DNA of 64,000 bases from Rubritalea profundi (lineage in GTDB: Bacteria; Verrucomicrobiota; Verrucomicrobiia; Verrucomicrobiales; Akkermansiaceae): positions 1,988,733 to 2,052,732 of the forward strand of contig NZ_MQWA01000001.1 in the NCBI RefSeq assembly GCF_002954445.1, written 5' to 3'. Both the position numbers and the translations under genes were made by a program. Positions 59,700 through 64,000 of the stretch are shown here, in pieces; the stretch's first letter is position 1; each line of letters opens with the position of its first letter. The notes under the pieces were generated by a model that was not told the origin of the DNA, searched no databases, and was given only the letters and a program-made list of their open reading frames with translations.

Positions 59700-60638
59700 T
59701 TACTTTGATTGCTCCAGCATGCGGATGATTGGAGCTTCAGCGCGCTGTCGAACTTCTTCGGGCATTTCAACTGAAGGGCTGAGGTCGCGGAGGCAGTTGC
59801 GAAGTTTCTCCAGCGTGTTCATTTTCATGAAATGGCAGTCGTTACATGCGCACTTGTCGGTAGGGCCTGCGATGAGGTTTTTATCAGGAGCCTCCTTCTG
59901 TAGGCGGTGAAGCATTCCTGACTCAGTGACTACGATGATGTCTTTGACTGGGGCATTCTGACAGTAGGATATCATCTTTTCTGTAGAACAAACCTCGTCA
60001 GCTAGCATGCGGACAGCGGTAGTACACTCTGGGTGCGCTACGACGAGTGCGTTCGGGTACTCAGCTTTGATCTTATTGATAGAATTCTGAGTGAACTCGA
60101 CGTGGACATAGCAGGAGCCCTGCCATAGATCCATCTTGCGGCCGGTTTGCTCCATCACCCATGCGCCGAGGTTGGCGTCGGGGACAAATAAAATGGGGCG
60201 CTCAGCAGGAGCCTTGTTGACGATGTTGATGGCATTGCCGGAGGTGACAATGACGTCGGAAAGAGCTTTGACTCCGCCTGAGCAGTTGATGTAGGCGATG
60301 ACGTAGTAGTTCTTCTCCTTGTTCGTCTCTAGAAAAGCGGCGAGGTCTTCAGCTGGGCAGGATTCCTCGAGTGAGCACCCAGCATCGCTGTCAGGTAGGA
60401 TGACAATTTTGTTCGGGTTGAGGATCTTGGCTGTCTCGGCCATGAAGTGGACACCGCAAAATGCAATGACTTCACAGTCCGTGGCTTGAGCCTGGTAAGC
60501 GAGCCCGAGTGAGTCGCCGACGTAGTCTGCGATATCTTGGATTTCTCCCACTTGGTAATTGTGAGCTAGGATGACGGCATTGCGCTCTTTTTTGAGGCGC
60601 AGGATCTCTTCTGTGAGGTCGATAGCGGTAGTAGCCAT
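59700..60638 (-). CDS. nadA: Quinolinate synthase
   Basis: 312 aa. Contains ILAHNYQ, FCGVHFMAET and the CxxC...C Fe-S ligands, with NadA type-II length. Confidence 0.9.
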   Translation of the reverse strand: MATTAIDLTEEILRLKKERNAVILAHNYQVGEIQDIADYVGDSLGLAYQAQATDCEVIAFCGVHFMAETAKILNPNKIVILPDSDAGCSLEESCPAEDLAAFLETNKEKNYYVIAYINCSGGVKALSDVIVTSGNAINIVNKAPAERPILFVPDANLGAWVMEQTGRKMDLWQGSCYVHVEFTQNSINKIKAEYPNALVVAHPECTTAVRMLADEVCSTEKMISYCQNAPVKDIIVVTESGMLHRLQKEAPDKNLIAGPTDKCACNDCHFMKMNTLEKLRNCLRDLSPSVEMPEEVRQRAEAPIIRMLEQSK

Positions 60639-60821
60639 AAGATAGTGTGTAGAAAGGGAAAACGGACAGCCCTTTGGAAAGGGTGTCCGTTTGAAATATT
60701 TAGATGTCTAGATCTAGTTGATTGTGTGGCCTAGAGTCTGTTGAATCAGTATTCTCGGCGGCTTTAGACACCGGATTCTTAGCAGTGGTCTGCTCAGAAT
60801 TTAGGATGCTGTGGCCGAGTT

Positions 60822-61409
60822 CTACTTTTTTACTGGAGTAGATGCAGCGGGCTTCACATATGGAGTCGCTCCGGCAGCAGGGGCGCCAACAGTGGACTTG
60901 CCGACAAAGATAGCACCAGCTTCGATAGAGAGTGTTGCAGCCTTGATGTCACCAACAAGCTCAGCATTTGCTTTTAGCTCAACGCGATCAGCTACAGTGA
61001 TGTTACCGTGAACTTTGCCGTAGATGACTACTGAACGTGTGCGAATCTCAGCGCGAACACGTGCATTTTCTCCGACTGTGAGGGATCCGTCAGAATCAAT
61101 CTCCCCTTCGATCTTGCCGTCTACAACGAGGTCGTTGGTGAAGCGAACTTGACCTTTGATTTCGACATCAGAGCTGAGCATGTTGCGACCACTGCCAGCA
61201 GCAATCTGCGATGTGTTGGACTTCTGAGCGCGTTTTTCCGCAACCGGCTTTTGATTCGCCTGTGAGCGAGTTGGTGATGCGCTGGATGATGCGCTGGATG
61301 ATGCGCTAGCGGATGCAGCAGGGGGTGCGCTTTTAGAGCTAGGAGTTGGAGCACCTTGAGATGGTGTACCTTCGTTTTGGTTGCTGATATATTTTTTGAA
61401 TACAGACAC
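60822..61409 (-). CDS. Bactofilin (DUF583) with S/A/P-rich N-terminal low-complexity region
   Basis: 195 aa. Core IKGQVRFTNDLVVDGKIEGEIDSDGSLTVGENARVRAEIRTRSVVIYGKVHGNITVADRVELKANAELVGDIKAATLSIEAGAIFVG is a beta-helical bactofilin repeat. The DNA has a tandem repeat gcgctggatgat x2.5 at 61281-61310, encoding SSASSSAS. Confidence 0.75.
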   Translation of the reverse strand: MSVFKKYISNQNEGTPSQGAPTPSSKSAPPAASASASSSASSSASPTRSQANQKPVAEKRAQKSNTSQIAAGSGRNMLSSDVEIKGQVRFTNDLVVDGKIEGEIDSDGSLTVGENARVRAEIRTRSVVIYGKVHGNITVADRVELKANAELVGDIKAATLSIEAGAIFVGKSTVGAPAAGATPYVKPAASTPVKK

Positions 61410-61494
61410 GGCTGGTATTTAATTTTTGATGGTTATAAATGGCTTCTTCGGTCACCCGAAGAGGATTGAGGAATAATTGGGGCTACACTATATA

Positions 61495-62307
61495 CTACTC
61501 AGGGACTTGTGAATTTGTTTCGTCTTTTTCTTCGGTAGCAGAAGTTTCTTTAGCTGGCGCTTCTGGGAGAGTGCTTTCGGGGGCGTTCGCAGGGGTGGTA
61601 ACAGCAGGAGTCGTCGGTGCAACTGGAGCAATTTTCTTTTCTACTTCTAGTGGTGCCACAGCACCGATGAAGCGGAGTCGATTGCTCGCCATTGTTTTAT
61701 AGGAGGAAAACTTTGTGATGCTGTCGATGTCAGAGGAGTCGTCAGAGATGAGGTTAGTTACAGCTGTGTAGAATTCCCTAGCGCGTTCGTTGTCGCCATT
61801 TTTCTGGGCAATGTCGCCGAGTGCGATTTGAGCAACAGGTGTGATGTGCTCGGCATTTTCTATGTCGAGTACGGCTGAGAGCTGAGCTTCGGCTTCAGTT
61901 AGTTTTCCTTCATTCAGAAATCGTAGGCCTAAGCTAGTTGTGGCTGTTGGGATGGCTGCGTGATCAGGGTAGGTGGAAACAAAGTTGCGAAGGGCATTGA
62001 TAGCATCTTCAGCTGACTCGGTGCCTTTAATATCTGCAATGAGCAAGGCTGCGGCACCAGCGGATGCAGTATTGCCGTGGGCTGAAACCACAGCTTGTAG
62101 TTGGGGTTCATCATCCGCCGAAGCGAGGTCTTCACCAGCTTGAGCGCTGAGCATTGAGCTGTAGCCAGTGTAACCCACATAGGCTAATACGCCTAAAAAG
62201 ATGGCGATGGCTGCGATGATAATGAGTTTCATGTTTTCATCGAGGAAAACTTCAAACTTGGATGGGCCGTGATCGATCTCGGCAATAGGTGTTGGTATGT
62301 CGTCCAT
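61495..62307 (-). CDS. Membrane-anchored TPR-like repeat protein (YfgM-like topology)
   Basis: 270 aa. One TM helix (LIIIAAIAIFLGVLAYVGY), a helical repeat region and a Pro/Thr/Ala-rich C-terminal tail. Confidence 0.5.
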   Translation of the reverse strand: MDDIPTPIAEIDHGPSKFEVFLDENMKLIIIAAIAIFLGVLAYVGYTGYSSMLSAQAGEDLASADDEPQLQAVVSAHGNTASAGAAALLIADIKGTESAEDAINALRNFVSTYPDHAAIPTATTSLGLRFLNEGKLTEAEAQLSAVLDIENAEHITPVAQIALGDIAQKNGDNERAREFYTAVTNLISDDSSDIDSITKFSSYKTMASNRLRFIGAVAPLEVEKKIAPVAPTTPAVTTPANAPESTLPEAPAKETSATEEKDETNSQVPE

Positions 62308-62486
62308 TTGTTATGGGTGGTGGTAAGGATCTGAGGGCAGTCTTGCAAGGAAGAAAGCAGGATCTGACAAGGAAAATGATGAGAGGACTCGTAGATTCTC
62401 AATGATTGGGGGGGAATTGAGTTGAAATGACAGTGGTATGGGATAGATCGTGTTCCGTAACCACGTCCTTCAGATCGAATTTACTT

Positions 62487-63125
62487 ATGAAATCTAAACT
62501 AAAATCGGCCCAATTTTACGGCATTGTCGATCTAGGCTATGTGACTGCAGAAAGAGCGACTTCAGTGGCCCAATCTTTACTCGATGGAGGCGCTGGAATT
62601 ATCCAGCTGAGGGCGAAGGGCTGTGGGCTAGATGAAATTCGAAATTTAGCGAAATTGTTGCAGCCGATCTGCCGAAAAAAAGGAGTGCCCTTTATCGTGA
62701 ACGATTATCCAGAAATAGCGCTCGAAGTCGGTGCTGATGGTGTTCATATCGGCCAAGACGATGGAAGTCTGGCTGATGTGCGTGATATTGTGGGTGAGGA
62801 GATGATTGTAGGCCGGTCGACTCACTCCGTGGAGCAGGCGAAGGAAGCATTGTTAGAGGGTTTTGATTATATTGGCTTTGGGCCGATCTTTCCAACTCCG
62901 ACAAAGGTGGGACGTGCTGGAATTGGGATGCAGAATGTGGGGCTAGTGCAGTCGACTGTTGGTCAAGAGATTCCAGTTTTTTGCATAGGCGGCATACGTC
63001 GTGATAATTTAGCGCAAGTACAGAGAGCTGGAGCTCAGCGTGTGGTTGTTGTTTCAGATGTGCTCAGGGCTGAGAATGTGGTGGAGGCGGCACGCGAAAT
63101 AGTGACCCAGCTTTTAAAGCAGTAA
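62487..63125 (+). CDS. thiE: Thiamine-phosphate synthase
   Basis: Contains FYGIVDLGYV, IQLRAKG, FIVNDYPEIALEVGADGVHIGQDD and VFCIGGI. The start was chosen at the internal ATG (MKSKLK); the ORF track opens at 62427. Confidence 0.85.
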   Translation: MKSKLKSAQFYGIVDLGYVTAERATSVAQSLLDGGAGIIQLRAKGCGLDEIRNLAKLLQPICRKKGVPFIVNDYPEIALEVGADGVHIGQDDGSLADVRDIVGEEMIVGRSTHSVEQAKEALLEGFDYIGFGPIFPTPTKVGRAGIGMQNVGLVQSTVGQEIPVFCIGGIRRDNLAQVQRAGAQRVVVVSDVLRAENVVEAAREIVTQLLKQ

Positions 63126-63130
63126 AAATT

Positions 63131-64000
63131 TATGAAAAAGAAATCAGTAATCGTCGGTGGAACTATCGCCATCGACAATGTAAAAACTCCCTCAGCTGAG
63201 GCGAGTAATCTATTAGGTGGCTCGGCCTCCTATGCGTCCCTAGCGACAAGTTTTTATCACGATTCCGTGAATTTGGTTGGTATCATCGGCCATGACTATC
63301 CGCAGGAGCATTTGGATATGTTGTCCTCACATGGTGTGAACCTCACTGGTGTGGAGCGTTCGGAGAGTGCTTCCTTCACATGGTCTGGAGAGTACATGGA
63401 AAATATGAATGATCGCGAGACCCATGCGGTTGCTCTGAATGTTCTTGAGGGATGGGAAGTCAAAGTCCCGCAAGAGATTTCCGATAGCCAGCTAATTGTG
63501 TTGGCTAATATGTCGCCAGAGAATCAACTTCAGATGTTAGCTGGTTGTACAAGTGACGCGCGCTATGTGATCGCTGATACGATGGATTTATGGATGGCTA
63601 TCGCCAACGAAAAATTGCACGAGGTTCTTCAGAAGATAGACCTTCTCGTTCTTAATGAGTCAGAGGCTCGTGAATTAGCTAAGACATCGAACCTAGTGTT
63701 AGCTGGTGAGCGTTTGCTAGAAAAAGGGCCGGCTCATGTGATTATCAAATTGGGTGAATTCGGCGCGATGCTATTCGCCAAGGACGGAGATGTTTTCCGT
63801 TGCCCAGCATGGCCGCTGAAAGAGGTGACAGATCCTACGGGTGCTGGAGATTCGTTCCTTGGTGGAATGGCCGGCTACTTAGCAAGTCTCGACACCCTAG
63901 GTTTCAGTTTCGAGCATTTACGCCAGGCAATGGTGCGTGGCACTGTGGCGGCTAGTTTCACCTGTGAGGCGTTTTCCACTCAGAAGCTTCAGTCTATGAC
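63131..64000 (+). CDS. PfkB-family carbohydrate/nucleoside kinase (3' end lies outside the window)
   Basis: ATG at 63131 with an open frame to the window end. Contains VIVGGTIAID, IIKLGEFGAM and the catalytic DPTGAGDSFLGG anion-hole motif. Confidence 0.7.

Overview
This 64 kb window is chromosomal DNA that looks like it comes from a PVC-superphylum bacterium (Verrucomicrobia-like). The evidence for that placement is the DUF1501 and PSCyt/DUF1549/DUF1553 gene pair, a partial dcw cluster and roughly 50% GC content. Most of the window is densely packed housekeeping genes. These include purN (partial), smpB, rpoZ, murG, a murC-murB fusion, ddl, ftsQ, ftsA, typA, comEC, a lolE-like permease gene, two DEAD-box-related genes, leuC, holA, clpS, nadA, a bactofilin gene, thiE, and a pfkB-family kinase gene that is cut off at the window end. 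The accessory and unusual parts are listed below.

1. The most interesting locus is a tightly packed, co-directional operon-like block at 30.2-38.6 kb. It encodes an NfeD/YqiJ-like OB-fold membrane protein, a 694-aa flotillin/SPFH protein, a GxxExxY (PD-(D/E)xK-like) protein and a giant 1716-aa protein. The giant protein has a single RarA/clamp-loader-like AAA+ module near its C-terminus.
2. A low-GC islet at 9.7-12.0 kb carries orphan ORFs, two poly-C tracts and a helicase C-domain-only DEAD-box remnant with a lysine-rich tail.
3. A degraded IS3-family transposase remnant sits exactly where ftsZ would be expected after ftsA.
4. A roughly 420-bp nested inverted-repeat element (MITE- or ncRNA-like) lies in the 670-bp gap after the giant gene.
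5. A second short intergenic repeat family has two permuted copies, at 42.4 kb and 52.0 kb.

No rRNA, tRNA or CRISPR array was found by eye.
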